This document shows, in pieces, positions 40,507 to 51,440 of a DNA stretch of 64,000 nt. The position numbers were made by a program, and so were the translations under genes. The stretch comes from Candidatus Bathyarchaeota archaeon. GTDB lineage: Archaea; Thermoproteota; Bathyarchaeia; Bathyarchaeales; Bathycorpusculaceae. A model generated the notes under the pieces. The model was not told the DNA's origin, did not search any database, and saw only the letters and a list, made by a program, of their open reading frames with translations. The stretch spans positions 128,001-192,000 of the forward strand of contig CAVZJV010000014.1 in assembly GCA_963775685.1 (NCBI GenBank). The letters run 5' to 3'. The first letter of the stretch is position 1. Every line of letters begins with the position of its first letter.

Positions 40507-40573
40507 GGGTGTTCACTTTATCTTTTAGAAACACGGGTTTTGCTCTTTAAACTTTCGTAGTCAAATTTTGGGC

Positions 40574-41795
40574 TTATTTGGCCGTGACTAGTTCTCTGAG
40601 CGTTTTGTGCATTGCTAAGGCGGGGGCATTTGTTTTGATGCTTCTAGGGTTGAAGTGGGTTTGAACTGCTTGGAAGCCGCTGCGCTGAAGTGCCGCTATG
40701 AACGTTTGGTTTGATGGTGCTGGAAGCTTGAGTTTTCCGCTTAACTTGTCGATAACATAGTAAGTGGGAGGTTCTGTGGCTTCGGCTTTGGTTAGGGTTA
40801 GGAGTTTTGTTATTTTGGCGCTGTTTTTGAATGCGGTATTCTTGTTTTCATTTGATTATTTGGTCAATGAATGCGGGGTCAGAGATGCTGTCTATCCATA
40901 ATGGTCCTGCATGCTCCATTTTTGCGCCGCATTCAGGGCATTGGTTGTTTTTGCCAAAAATTTGGTGCGCAGTTTCTCGGTGTAGACAGCTAAAGCAATG
41001 GAGAATGTAGCCTGTTTTTTTGAGGCTTTCATCGGCTCTTTGGCACCCGTAGGCGATTTGTGCGTAGACTCGTATGTAGTGGTCGTTGCTGTGGCTGAAT
41101 AGGATTTGGATGCCAATGTCCTGTTTTGCCGCCAACGACGCCATACAACCCGCCAAAAGCCGCACGGCCAGTTCATGACAGTACTCCGTACGCATCGGTC
41201 TACCTCCATATTTTCGAACACAAGCCTTCGCATGAACCCCGCAAAGAGGCGCCAAATCTGTTGCAGTAACAGCCAATAATCCCTTGTTTTTTAGGGCTCT
41301 AAATGATGAATCCAAATAGGGAACAGGGGTACCAAATGGGTCGATGTCTACTATATCGAAGCGTTTTTTGGGTGAAGCGTTAATGCTTAGAACACAGTTA
41401 GCGTCTTGGTGCTTTAGTGTGATTTTGTCTTCCTGCTTGTTTAGTTCGATATTGTGTTTTGCCAGTTCACAGGCTATGGAGTTGATGTCGCTTAACAGCA
41501 CTTTGCTAACTCCCTCGATTTCGGCGGCGTATCGGATGCCGCGGATACCTTGGCTTGTGAAGGGTTCGCAGACGGTGACTTCATGGTTTACCACATGTTG
41601 GTAGGCTTTGAAGGCTAAAACGGATAAGTCGCGGTTGAATTCCATAACGGGGTTGTAGAAAACAGGAGCGCGGGAAGGTGCATAATCGCTGGGCACCACG
41701 CAAAAGGCTTTCAAGTCTGGCACTAAGACTTGGACTTTGCCTTCCTTTACTGTTACGCTTGGAAAATCAGCGACATAACTGGTTTTTTCTGCCAT
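40574..41795 (-). CDS. trm1: tRNA (guanine26-N2)-dimethyltransferase, +1 frameshift near 40850
   Basis: VFYNP.MEFNRD, GIRGIRY, DIDPFGTP, TATD and a Zn finger. After ATC AAAT GAA the alternative frame continues ENKNTAF...THFNPRSIKTNAP to a TAA at 40574. Confidence 0.9.
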
Positions 41796-41923
41796 AGTCT
41801 TCCACGATTACTGCTAAGAATTAAATTATATTGCTTAAAAACGTTCGATAAACAGATTTTAAAATGCGCGTCTATCAAGTGACATCAAAAACGATAAAGT
41901 CTAATTAAGCGGCATAAGAAAGC

Positions 41924-42612
41924 ATGAAATCGATCCAAACATTGGTTGCATTCACTTTAACTTTACTATTAGTTTCCTTGGCTGTCTCTGTTGCTGATGC
42001 ACAAAAACAGGCTTCCTCTTATGACTTGGGTGATAAAGCTCAGACTACGGCTGCTGATGGAAAATCAGCTTTTTTGTCTGCGACATAAAAGTCACTATAG
42101 AGACAGAGCCAAAAGGCGGTTGGGTTAGTGGCAAAAATTATCAAGTGAATTGGACTCTACGGCTTGATTGCGCGAACCCATACTTGGTAAATGGCCGCAG
42201 TTTCTTTGTTCGCTTTTATCTTCCCTCACCCGCCGTCACCAATCCAACGATTCCTGCAGTGATTATTGTTAACCAGACGGAGTTGAGCATAACAAAGAAA
42301 ACTGGAACGTTAAGTGCATTGTTCACTCCCACGGACACTTCTGATGGCTTCTTTATGAATCCTGAGTTTCCTTTTGCGGTGTACATTGACGGGAAAATGC
42401 CGGCGGAGAAGTATGGGTCAGGCGTTTGGTGTGGAGAGGTGGAGTTTCAACTAATATAATAGCCTGTGAAGTTCCGATGCAACATCATTCCCAATCCCAC
42501 ACCTTCATCTCAGTTCACATCGTTAAAGGTGACTTTTGTAGTCTCTATTGCATTATTGTTAGCGATTTTAGCGCTGGTAATAGTGAGAAAACGCAAAGTA
42601 TTCGTAAGCTGA
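41924..42612 (+). pseudogene. Secreted protein with a C-terminal TM anchor, broken by frameshifts/stops
   Basis: Signal peptide MKSIQTLVAFTLTLLLVSLAVSVADA, central fragment 42145-42459, and C-terminal TM + RKRK lie in different frames. Confidence 0.6.
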
Positions 42613-42674
42613 AACGAGCCCAAAAAGAATTTTATTGGCATGTTAGACTTATCTTACGGTGGATGTAAAAGGCG

Positions 42675-43214
42675 TTGATGAATAGAATTCTGCTTTTGAC
42701 TGGTGCTCCTGGCGTTGGAAAAACCACTGTGCTAACTAAAACAGTGGACGCTCTAAAAGTGAAAGGCGTTAGTGTGGGCGGTATGATAAGCCGAGAAGTT
42801 CGGGAAAACGGCGTACGTGTAGGCTTTGAAATCTTGGATCTAACCAGCGGCAAACATGGATGGCTGGCTCAGGTAAACGGGCAGATGGGGCCACAGGTGG
42901 GTAGGTACCATGTTAACCTTAACGACCTTGACAACATTGGCGTCGCAGCCATCTCGCTCGCTCTCGAAAAATACAGCGCTATAGTCATTGATGAAATTGG
43001 TCCTATGGAACTTTATTCGCTGAAGTTCAAACAAGCCGTAGCGCAAACGTTGGAGAGCAAAAAGCTGGTTTTGGCGGTTGTGCATGGAAAAGCCAAAGAC
43101 CCTTTGGTAACTCAGGTAAAGCGAAGAGTCGACGCGGAAATTTTTAACGTGACTTTTTCTAATAGAGAAAAACTGCTCGAGCAACTAATCCAAAAAGCAT
43201 TAGCTGCACTTTAA
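42675..43214 (+). CDS. Nucleoside triphosphatase (THEP1/NTPase_1 family)
   Basis: LTGAPGVGKTT, GGM.S.EVR..G.R.GF, VG.Y.V and IDEIGPME motifs. Confidence 0.93.
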   Translation: MMNRILLLTGAPGVGKTTVLTKTVDALKVKGVSVGGMISREVRENGVRVGFEILDLTSGKHGWLAQVNGQMGPQVGRYHVNLNDLDNIGVAAISLALEKYSAIVIDEIGPMELYSLKFKQAVAQTLESKKLVLAVVHGKAKDPLVTQVKRRVDAEIFNVTFSNREKLLEQLIQKALAAL

Positions 43215-43940
43215 TCCCACTTATTCCTTTTAGCAGCTTACTCGGATTTGGGCTGTGCACAATTAAATTTTTTTTGGAATTAGTTTAAACCATTTTGGTT
43301 GGTTCGGGGCATTGGTGCAGTATGAAGAAAAGTTGATTCGAAAATTTTTTGTTGCGTTAAGAGAACAACACCAGTTGTTTTGGCAAATAAAACTGGGTTT
43401 GTTTTGGTCTAGTTTTGTTGTTTAGGCTCGGAAAGGCTGCAGGTAAGGGTCTAAAAGAGTGCAATGGCTAAGGATGGCTAGAATTGGTAATTGCTCTTGC
43501 GTGTTCAGTAGGCTATCTATTGGGGGTTGAGGTGGCTTTTTATGGGCGTTGTTTTAGTCAACTGGAAAAGAAATGTTGTTTTGTAGAGTTTTGGGCTTGG
43601 TTTGGGGTGATTTTGTTTTGGGGTTTTGGTGTTTGCAGGTTGCGTCTGGATTCGTCACAGAACGTTACAAAAAGTCAATGTGATAAATAGGACGAACAAC
43701 AATTTCCCTTTAACTAAGTGACCAGTTTGCATGAAATCAAAACGCGATAGATAGACTTAAAATTATTCAGATCTTTCGGATTTAACTCGCCTATCTATGG
43801 AAACACTATTTGAAAGGGTGAATTGGCTTTTTCTCAAACCATAACTAACAGAAACTTGGAAACACCAAGTTTAACTCAAAATTCCATGTAGTTTATACTT
43901 TATATAGTCTTTTAGCGTATTTTGCGTTACGGTAACTAAT

Positions 43941-46900
43941 TTGACTGCCCAAACCGAAGCCGACCAAAACCAGAGTTTGCCTACAACCTATTCTCCGCTT
44001 CAACTCGAAGCCGAAATCCGTGAATTCTGGATTAAAAATGATATACGCAACAAACTGGAGCTTACAGAGAAAACCGCCAAGGGCAAATTGGGTTATGTGG
44101 AAGGTCCACCCACACTAAACGGTATCCCACACATTGGGCATGCTCGTGGGCGAATCATGAAAGACATCCGTTACCGGTGGAAAACCATGGAGGGCTATTA
44201 CATGCCTTTTTGGGCAGGATGGGACTGCCAAGGTTTACCCGTGGAACTCGAAGTTGAAAAGCTTCTAGGCGTCCGTAACAAGCGGGAATCCATCGAGAAA
44301 TTCGGTATGGAACGTTTCATTGAGGAATGCAAAAAAGCCATCATGCGCTACCACCAAATGTGGCTTGAAGCGGACAGCAGGCTGGGAATTTCTATTAATC
44401 AAGAGAAAGCTTACTGGACCTACAAAGACTTGTACATTGAACGTGAATGGAAATATCTCAAGGCAGCATGGGACCAAAACCTCCTCGAAGAGGGCCACTA
44501 TGTTGTGGCTTATTGTCCCGGATGCCAAACTAGCCTCAGCAGTGCTGAAGTTGGTTATGAAGGTAGCTACAAAGAAGTCGAAGACCCTTCGCTTTACTTC
44601 AAGTTTAAGGTTGCTGGTAAGGAAAACGAGTTTTTTCTGGTTTGGACAACCATGCCTTTCACCGTAATAACCGACACCATGCTTGCAGTCAAGCCAAACG
44701 CGGAATATGTTAAGGTGAAGGTTGGCGAGGAAACATGGATAATGATGAAACAACGCGTTGAACCAGTCATAGCAGAGCTCGAAATAACCAACTACCAAAT
44801 CACTGAAACTATGACCGGTAAGAGTTTGGAAGGAACAGGCTACGAATACCCGCTTAAAGACATAATTCCCAAGCAAGCAGAACTCGAAACTAAACATCCA
44901 CTTGTGCATAAAGTCATCGGCGAAGAATTTGTGGACGTTGAAACAGCCACAGGGGTGGTCCATCTCTCACCTGGAAATGGCGAGGACGATTTTTGGGCTG
45001 CAAACCGCAGAGGAGTCCCCATTTTCGTTCCTTTCGATGATGAAGTCAAATTTACAAACGAAGCAGGCATTTTTACAGGGATTTTTGCAAGAGAAGCAGA
45101 TATGTTGGTGGTTGAGGAACTGCGTAACCGCAACGCGTTTGTGAAAGTTAAAAAAATCAAACATGAATACCCAACATGCTGGCGCAGCCACCACAAACTG
45201 GTTTGGCTAGCACGGAAAGAGTATTTTCTGCGAACCGATAAAATCAACCAAAAAGTGCTTGAGGCTGCACAGACCACCAAATATTTCTTTGAAGAACCCA
45301 AAAACCGTTTCTTAGGCTTCTTAAAAGAGGGCAAACCGTGGTGCATTAGCCGCGAACGCATCTGGGGAACACCCTTGCCCATGTGGACCTGCGAAAAATG
45401 CGAACACAAACGCCTAATCGCAAGCAAAAAAGAACTAATCGAAAACTCCCAAGAAGCCATCCCCGAAAACTTTGAGTTGCACAAGCCTTGGGTTGACCGA
45501 ATTACCTTAAAATGCGAAAAATGCAGTAGCACAATGCGCAGAGAAGATTTTGTTTTGGATACTTGGCATAACAGTGGCGCTTCGCCATATGCACGGTTTA
45601 CTGACGAGGAGTTTGAGAAGTTTGTGCCGACGGCTTTCTTGACAGAAGGAATTGATCAAACACGGGGTTGGGCAAACTCGCTACTGCTAGAATACGTGAT
45701 TTTGACAGGAAAATCCATTTCTCCCTACAGGGCTTTTCTATTTCAGGGGTTAACGCAGGATGCGAAGGGCAGAAAAATGAGTAAAAGCCTTGGAAACGTC
45801 ATTGAAACTAGCAAGCTTCTTGAGAAGAGCAGTGCGGATTTGTGTCGCTTTTACATGATGCGCAAATGCTCCCCTGTCGACTTCATGAGTTTCGATATGC
45901 AGGAACTAACACGAAGACCATACCAAGTTCTGTCAACGCTCTATCATTTAAGCCGGTTCTTTTTGCAGAACGCCACTTTCGACGAATTTAACCCTGAAAA
46001 ATACACGTTAGAATGGGCTTCTAAGACTGGTAAACTCGAAGCCGCAGACAAGTGGCTTTTGTCTAAGTTGCAGCAGAAAATCAAGGAATATACAAAGAAG
46101 CTTGAAACTTGCGAATTTAATGTTGCAGTGGGAATTTTGGAGGATTTCGTTATTGAAACGCTTAGCCGGCTCTATGTTCCAATGGTTCGCAAAGAACTCT
46201 GGACAGATGAACCTGAAACATTCGAGCGCAGACAAACCATCTATACTCTACTGCATCATACATTAAAAACAGTGACTTTGCTGTTTAACCCTGTAACGCC
46301 ATTTTTAAGTGAAGCACTTTTCCAAAAGGTTTACAGGCAACTGGAAGCAAATATGCCTGAATCCATCAATTTTGCAGGTTGGCCAACTCCAAACCAGCAA
46401 TTACGCAATAAACCTTTGGAAGAAGACTTTGATATTCTGCTAAAAGTTGTGTCAATTTCTTATGCGGCTCGTCAACAGGGCAAACTAAAACGTCGATGGC
46501 CACTAGCTCAAACAATCGTAGTTGCACCTGAAAAAACCCTACAAGCCCTAAAGAGCCTTGAAGCGCTATTCTTGGAGCAAACAAACGTAAAAGCTGTTGG
46601 CTATTCAGAATCCATTCCTGATTATGTTGGGGGCGAAAACTGGGTTTCGAGTCAAATAGACGATATAACAGTGTTCCTTAGTGGGCAACGCGACGATAAA
46701 CTGTTAGGCGAAGGCATTATGCGCGATCTGGCAAGACGTGTACAAGCGTTGCGTAAAGAAATGGGTTTGGTGCCGACGGAAATGCTGGTATCTGTGCATA
46801 TTGCTGGGCTGGATACTGAGGGCAAGGGTTTTTTGGAGCCGTACTTAGAAGAGATGGCTGGTTTGGTCAGAGCCAGAAAAGTCTATTTGCACACAAGCTC

Positions 46901-46970
46901 CAGTGAAGTTGAAGCAGATTGGCACGAATCCGAACTGGACGGCAAAAAAATCCAAATAAACATCCACTGA
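43941..46970 (+). CDS. ileS: Isoleucine--tRNA ligase
   Basis: EGPP..NG.PHIGH, GWDCQGLPVE, WCISRER.WG, EGIDQTRGW and KMSKSLGN motifs. Confidence 0.97.
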   Translation: MTAQTEADQNQSLPTTYSPLQLEAEIREFWIKNDIRNKLELTEKTAKGKLGYVEGPPTLNGIPHIGHARGRIMKDIRYRWKTMEGYYMPFWAGWDCQGLPVELEVEKLLGVRNKRESIEKFGMERFIEECKKAIMRYHQMWLEADSRLGISINQEKAYWTYKDLYIEREWKYLKAAWDQNLLEEGHYVVAYCPGCQTSLSSAEVGYEGSYKEVEDPSLYFKFKVAGKENEFFLVWTTMPFTVITDTMLAVKPNAEYVKVKVGEETWIMMKQRVEPVIAELEITNYQITETMTGKSLEGTGYEYPLKDIIPKQAELETKHPLVHKVIGEEFVDVETATGVVHLSPGNGEDDFWAANRRGVPIFVPFDDEVKFTNEAGIFTGIFAREADMLVVEELRNRNAFVKVKKIKHEYPTCWRSHHKLVWLARKEYFLRTDKINQKVLEAAQTTKYFFEEPKNRFLGFLKEGKPWCISRERIWGTPLPMWTCEKCEHKRLIASKKELIENSQEAIPENFELHKPWVDRITLKCEKCSSTMRREDFVLDTWHNSGASPYARFTDEEFEKFVPTAFLTEGIDQTRGWANSLLLEYVILTGKSISPYRAFLFQGLTQDAKGRKMSKSLGNVIETSKLLEKSSADLCRFYMMRKCSPVDFMSFDMQELTRRPYQVLSTLYHLSRFFLQNATFDEFNPEKYTLEWASKTGKLEAADKWLLSKLQQKIKEYTKKLETCEFNVAVGILEDFVIETLSRLYVPMVRKELWTDEPETFERRQTIYTLLHHTLKTVTLLFNPVTPFLSEALFQKVYRQLEANMPESINFAGWPTPNQQLRNKPLEEDFDILLKVVSISYAARQQGKLKRRWPLAQTIVVAPEKTLQALKSLEALFLEQTNVKAVGYSESIPDYVGGENWVSSQIDDITVFLSGQRDDKLLGEGIMRDLARRVQALRKEMGLVPTEMLVSVHIAGLDTEGKGFLEPYLEEMAGLVRARKVYLHTSSSEVEADWHESELDGKKIQINIH

Positions 46971-46980
46971 AGCGAAAAAT

Positions 46981-47157
46981 ATGGCACAAGAAACAAACAA
47001 CAACAAACACTACAAGTGCCCACACTGCGCCTGTATCTTTTCAACTCAGGCAGATTTGCAAAAGCACCTAACTGTCTTCGGCGACAGAAAAGAGCAACAT
47101 GAATATGACTACAAAAAAACGCATGGCCGACTCGAACATGGATACAACGATGAATGA
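46981..47157 (+). CDS. Small C2H2-type zinc finger protein (58 aa, not in the ORF track)
   Basis: MAQETNNNKHYKCPHCACIFSTQADLQKHLTVFGDRKEQH...; ATG lies 10 bp after the ileS stop. Confidence 0.75.
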   Translation: MAQETNNNKHYKCPHCACIFSTQADLQKHLTVFGDRKEQHEYDYKKTHGRLEHGYNDE

Positions 47158-47336
47158 GTCGTTTCGAAGTTAAAGCACTGATTTTTTAACATAAATGACT
47201 TGAAACTCGCCAATTACTGATATAGCCTCTTGAGTTTTTGCCTCTCGCAGTTCGCTTTAAAAGTTTGGTTTTTCAACTAACTGTGAAGTGCAACTTTTAT
47301 CTAAAACCAACCTAACATAAAGCCTGAAGTGTCTGT

Positions 47337-48522
47337 ATGGATAAGTTTCGATTAGCAGTCTTCAACACTCAGCCGCCTCATCTGTACTTTGGAGGCGTTG
47401 AGCGTCGCATAATGGAAACTGCCAAGCGGATGCAAAATCAAGCAGATATAACCGTTTACAGTGGCACTAAGGCAGGATTCAAAGAACCCGTCACCATCGA
47501 TGGGGTACGGTTTGTTCCATTCTATTCAACCGACAGAATCTTTCCATTAGATAACTGGTTTTTCAACCGAAGCCTAAACAAAAAAGCAAACACTATCAAT
47601 GCAGATGTTTATGAGGCCCATGCAGTAAGCGGCTACAGCTTTCCAAAAGCGCTAAAGAAACTTGGTATTAACAAGCCATTCGTACACACAATCCATGGCG
47701 TTCTCGCAGATGAATATGAGCGGCGAAGCAAGACGGTTACCCATCATTCAGGGGCAGGATTGCAAACTATTTTATGCATAGACTTGCCGAATTGGAAGAG
47801 AAAACTGCGCATGATGCAACATTAATTGTGACAATAAGCAATTATTCGCTAGAAAAAATCCAGAGACACTACAACATAGACAAAACTAAAGTTCGGATTA
47901 TTCCAAACGGTGTCGATGTGGAAAAATTCAAACCCATGGACGCTAAAGCCTCGCGGCAGCAATTTGGATTAGACAGTGACCCTTGTGTGCTATTTGTGGG
48001 TAGTTTGATTCCTCGAAAAGGCTTGCCTTTCTTGGTCGAAGCTGCCAAAAAAATAGTAAAGAACAAGCTGAAACCAAGTTCTTGATTGTCGGTGAGGGAC
48101 CACTGAAAAACCATTTAACTGATTCCCTTGAATCTGCCAATCTTTATGGCAACTTCAGGTTTCTGGGCAAAATCAAAGACGAAATGCTTCCTGCAGTTTA
48201 TAATTGCGCAGACGTGTTTGTTTTGCCGTCAATTCAGGAAGGGCAAGGAATAGTCTTGCTTGAAGCGCAAGCGTCGGGTAAGCCTGTTGTTGCTTTTGAT
48301 GTGGGAGGGGTCAACGAAGCTGTTCGCAACAATGAAACAGGGATTCTAGTTAAGCGGGGAAGCACTAACGAGCTGGCGGATGCGTTACTGAAACTATTAG
48401 GAGACAAGATTTTGCGCGAAAAAATAGGTGCAAATGGCCGCAGGTTTGTATCTGAAAACTTCACCTGGGACTTATGCGCTCAAAAAATGCTTAAAGTGTA
48501 TCATGAAGCATTGGCAAGTTGA
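47337..48522 (+). pseudogene. GT4 glycosyltransferase split by two frameshifts
   Basis: GGVERR...HTIHG / IPNGVD..FVGSL..RKG / LPSIQEGQGIVLLEAQASG in three frames. Confidence 0.85.
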
Positions 48523-49037
48523 ACGTTAACTGATTTTGCCAACCGCCTAAAATCGTCATCACCCATCCACTCCGTCCAAAGATAACAACGGATTCTTTCC
48601 TCGCTTAAACCCAGCCGTCTTGCCTCTTGAATGCAGTAACGGTAAGCTTCAATTTCTGTAGGTCTATCAACGTAATCATATCGGGGGTCGAAGAGTTCTT
48701 TGCCTTCCATAAACTGTTTGACATGGCATAACTCATGGATTAAATCAAGGTAAATGTCGGTTTTGTCGCCGTTATTAAGGTAGCTTCTGCTTATCACAAG
48801 GTGCCCATCAGAGCCGTCAACGTACATGTAGCCCATAACCCAGCTAATTTCAACTGTTAATTTACTTAATACTTCCCTTGTTTTTTCTCCAAAAATGCCT
48901 TTTACAGCGTCAACTTCTTCCAAACCCTTGAAAAAATCTATGAAAGTTACTTTCTGGTTTCCAACCCCCAGTATATTAAAAGGAAGCTTTCTAAACAAAC
49001 GCAGAATTCTAAACACCGCAAACTCTATTGCCGTCAA
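48501..49037 (-). CDS. Zincin-like HExxH protein
   Basis: DLIHELCHVKQ...YVDRPTEIEAY (HExxH plus downstream ExxA). Confidence 0.75.
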   Translation of the reverse strand: MTAIEFAVFRILRLFRKLPFNILGVGNQKVTFIDFFKGLEEVDAVKGIFGEKTREVLSKLTVEISWVMGYMYVDGSDGHLVISRSYLNNGDKTDIYLDLIHELCHVKQFMEGKELFDPRYDYVDRPTEIEAYRYCIQEARRLGLSEERIRCYLWTEWMGDDDFRRLAKSVNVQLANAS

Positions 49038-49051
49038 GTTGCAAGCCGCTC

Positions 49052-50413
49052 CTACCCGAAAGTTTGAAGGTACTCAAGCCTCATTCCTCGATGCGCCAGG
49101 TCTGGAAGGTTTTCTACGCTGCCTATACTTGCGTCGATGTTGCGGTGGATTGGGTGGCTCCATATTCCTTCGGGTGCAAGGTTAAACTGCAAAGGAACAT
49201 CAACTTTGACACCGTATTTTTCGCTTAAATTCTTAATTAATCTACCTTCCCGACAAGCTATACGACCAGAACGATAACTTTGTAGTAACTGCGGAGCTGC
49301 AAAAGCCCCGACCCCGTGCCAAACTGTCGCATCTTCGGGGGACCCAATCGAGTATAGAAAGAACTGGGGGGAAGACGGTGTTTCAGCAAAACTGTAGTTG
49401 GAGAGTTTTTCGCCGGGTACTGTGAAGGTGTCATCGCATACTGCAACAGATATATCCTCGGGATCCATGGCGTTGGGGTATAGTTGGGTGGTCTTGTATT
49501 TGACGACAGCTTCGAGTAATTTGCCGTTTTCAAAGTGTAGTTTACCTCGGGCTGCCCGTTTAGAGCCAAAGCCTTTCTTGGAATGCGGTACCGTCAAAAG
49601 GGTTGTGCGTTTTTTCATACTACGACCCATGCAGGTGTACGCTTCCTCGATAGACCCATAGTCTCGGTTACTCTCCTGAATTATGTAATGCAACAAGCCA
49701 TCTTTGGTCTCTGTCTGCAGAGTTGAAATCGGCATACGCAACGAATAAAGCGTGAGATCCATTCCAAAGAACACTGACAAATCTTGTATCTGGTTGTATT
49801 TGATGCAATCTACCAGGTCTAGGTATGAACCATTACTATCCTTGAGGCTTTCCGTTATGAGTGCGGCTTCTTTTTGGGATATTAAGCTACCTTTGTATTT
49901 TTTAAGATATGCTTCATCGATTTTAAGCTGGTCAGTTTTGACGTTGGCTGCTGGAAAAGCGCTCTGACCACTGTCCACGATTGATTGTTTGAGTGGATTC
50001 ATGGAGTAGCGGTCAGCCTCAACATCATCCGTGTTTAAGAGAAAAGGCACGATGTAACCTTGTGGGGGGTTCTTGAGCAATTCAGCAAGCGCAACTACGT
50101 CACCGTCATCGGGTTTATGCAAACCGTGCTCGTGGAAGTAGTTGGCGCAGGTTTCAAGCAACCGCGTTCCAATAATGCCTTGAACTTCTTCAACCGTCAA
50201 TTGTGGATTTGTATATTCAACCGAACCGCGCAAATAGAACCGTTCATCGGAGAAAGGAAAAGAAACTTTCTTCCCGTTAACACAGCGGAACAAAGTAACT
50301 CTGCGGTTACTATTCTGTCCTTTCGAAGCCGTGGCGCCCTCCACCAAAACCTTCACTGTCAAAAAAGAAGTATTCAAAAAATCCTCAAGCAAAAGCTTAC
50401 AGTAATCTTCCAT
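49052..50413 (-). CDS. Uncharacterised 453-aa soluble protein
   Basis: Long intact ORF with globular, enzyme-like composition; no family recognised. Confidence 0.85.
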   Translation of the reverse strand: MEDYCKLLLEDFLNTSFLTVKVLVEGATASKGQNSNRRVTLFRCVNGKKVSFPFSDERFYLRGSVEYTNPQLTVEEVQGIIGTRLLETCANYFHEHGLHKPDDGDVVALAELLKNPPQGYIVPFLLNTDDVEADRYSMNPLKQSIVDSGQSAFPAANVKTDQLKIDEAYLKKYKGSLISQKEAALITESLKDSNGSYLDLVDCIKYNQIQDLSVFFGMDLTLYSLRMPISTLQTETKDGLLHYIIQESNRDYGSIEEAYTCMGRSMKKRTTLLTVPHSKKGFGSKRAARGKLHFENGKLLEAVVKYKTTQLYPNAMDPEDISVAVCDDTFTVPGEKLSNYSFAETPSSPQFFLYSIGSPEDATVWHGVGAFAAPQLLQSYRSGRIACREGRLIKNLSEKYGVKVDVPLQFNLAPEGIWSHPIHRNIDASIGSVENLPDLAHRGMRLEYLQTFG

Positions 50414-50416
50414 AAA

Positions 50417-51257
50417 TTATCCTCGTTCTAAAGATTCAGCCAAGTATATACAATTTTTTATGACTTTTGGTCCAAAAAACATCCTAGACACATAGAAATC
50501 TTCTTTAAACCCTAAACTGCAGAACGCATCACAAAGAAAGCTCTCTTTTTTTGGAACCGCCGCATAAACGCTTCTCCCATTTACATTGGTTAGAACTGCT
50601 TTTACAAGTGAAATGGCAACATCATTTCTTGACGTTTGACAGATGAGTGGCCCTATCCATGCCATAGGTCTCATAAATCGTTGAAGCAACATAACCCGTG
50701 ACGCCATTGCTGTCTAAGACGTAGTAGCTTGCATTGTCTCCTTGAAGAACTATGGATTCAAGCAGTTTCTTTCTGTCTCCGCCAAAACATTGGCTGTCAA
50801 ACCTGTTTATCGATGGAAACTGCCGCTTTCCAATCGTTGGCAGCATTGCAGCATTGAGTGAACCAAAATATTTCGCGTTCAAAACAGAAAAATCCTCATC
50901 AAATTTGAAGCCTAAACATCCGTAGAAGTTGACAAGGTTTGGGTAAGCATAAAGTCCAATGGTCTCCACGCCTTTGGAACGCAGATAATCCTTTGCGTGG
51001 TTTACCAGCATGCTTCCGGCGCCTTTCTTTCGATATTCTAATTTAACAACAAGGTTTCCAAACCAACCAACTTTACCAAAACTGATGCATGTAGCTACGC
51101 CGACAGGTTTTTGGTCATCAAAGAGGACGAAGCAGCCTTCTGGCTCAAGCGACTTCATGAATTGGAAGTCTTCAGGCGCCATATTCCATTCCATGGTGTT
51201 AGCTAAGTTGGTTGCAAAAGAAAAATCCTGGGTGCGCATCGACTTAACTTTGAACAT
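50417..51257 (-). CDS. Tandem GNAT acetyltransferase (YitH-like), one frameshift near 50666
   Basis: GWFGNLVV..EYRKKGAG, L.A......FY..LGF; second domain WIGPL...LGF lies in another frame (one extra base in GAG ACC T ATG). Confidence 0.85.
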
Positions 51258-51440
51258 AGATATTTAACTTGTAGAGCGGTCTGGCAATTAAGTTTGCTTA
51301 TCAAAAATAAAATAGCCTAAAATTTTTAGGAAAGACTGAAGCAACAAAACCCTTAATTTTAGGATTGAACTCAAATAAGGATAACAGCTTTTTTCCGGCC
51401 ACATTGATGCTAGACGTTTTTATGATAAGGTGATTAGTGT

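Noticed and set aside
40848-40850. TGA in trm1 as selenocysteine/readthrough
   Set aside because: The downstream homologous sequence is in a different frame, so this is a one-base insertion rather than stop recoding.
43220-43930. Possible replication origin or T-box-like leader before ileS (inverted repeat AAACTTGG-n5-CCAAGTTT near 43850)
   Set aside because: No convincing repeated ORB elements, no adjacent cdc6 and no T-box consensus; a single short hairpin is insufficient.
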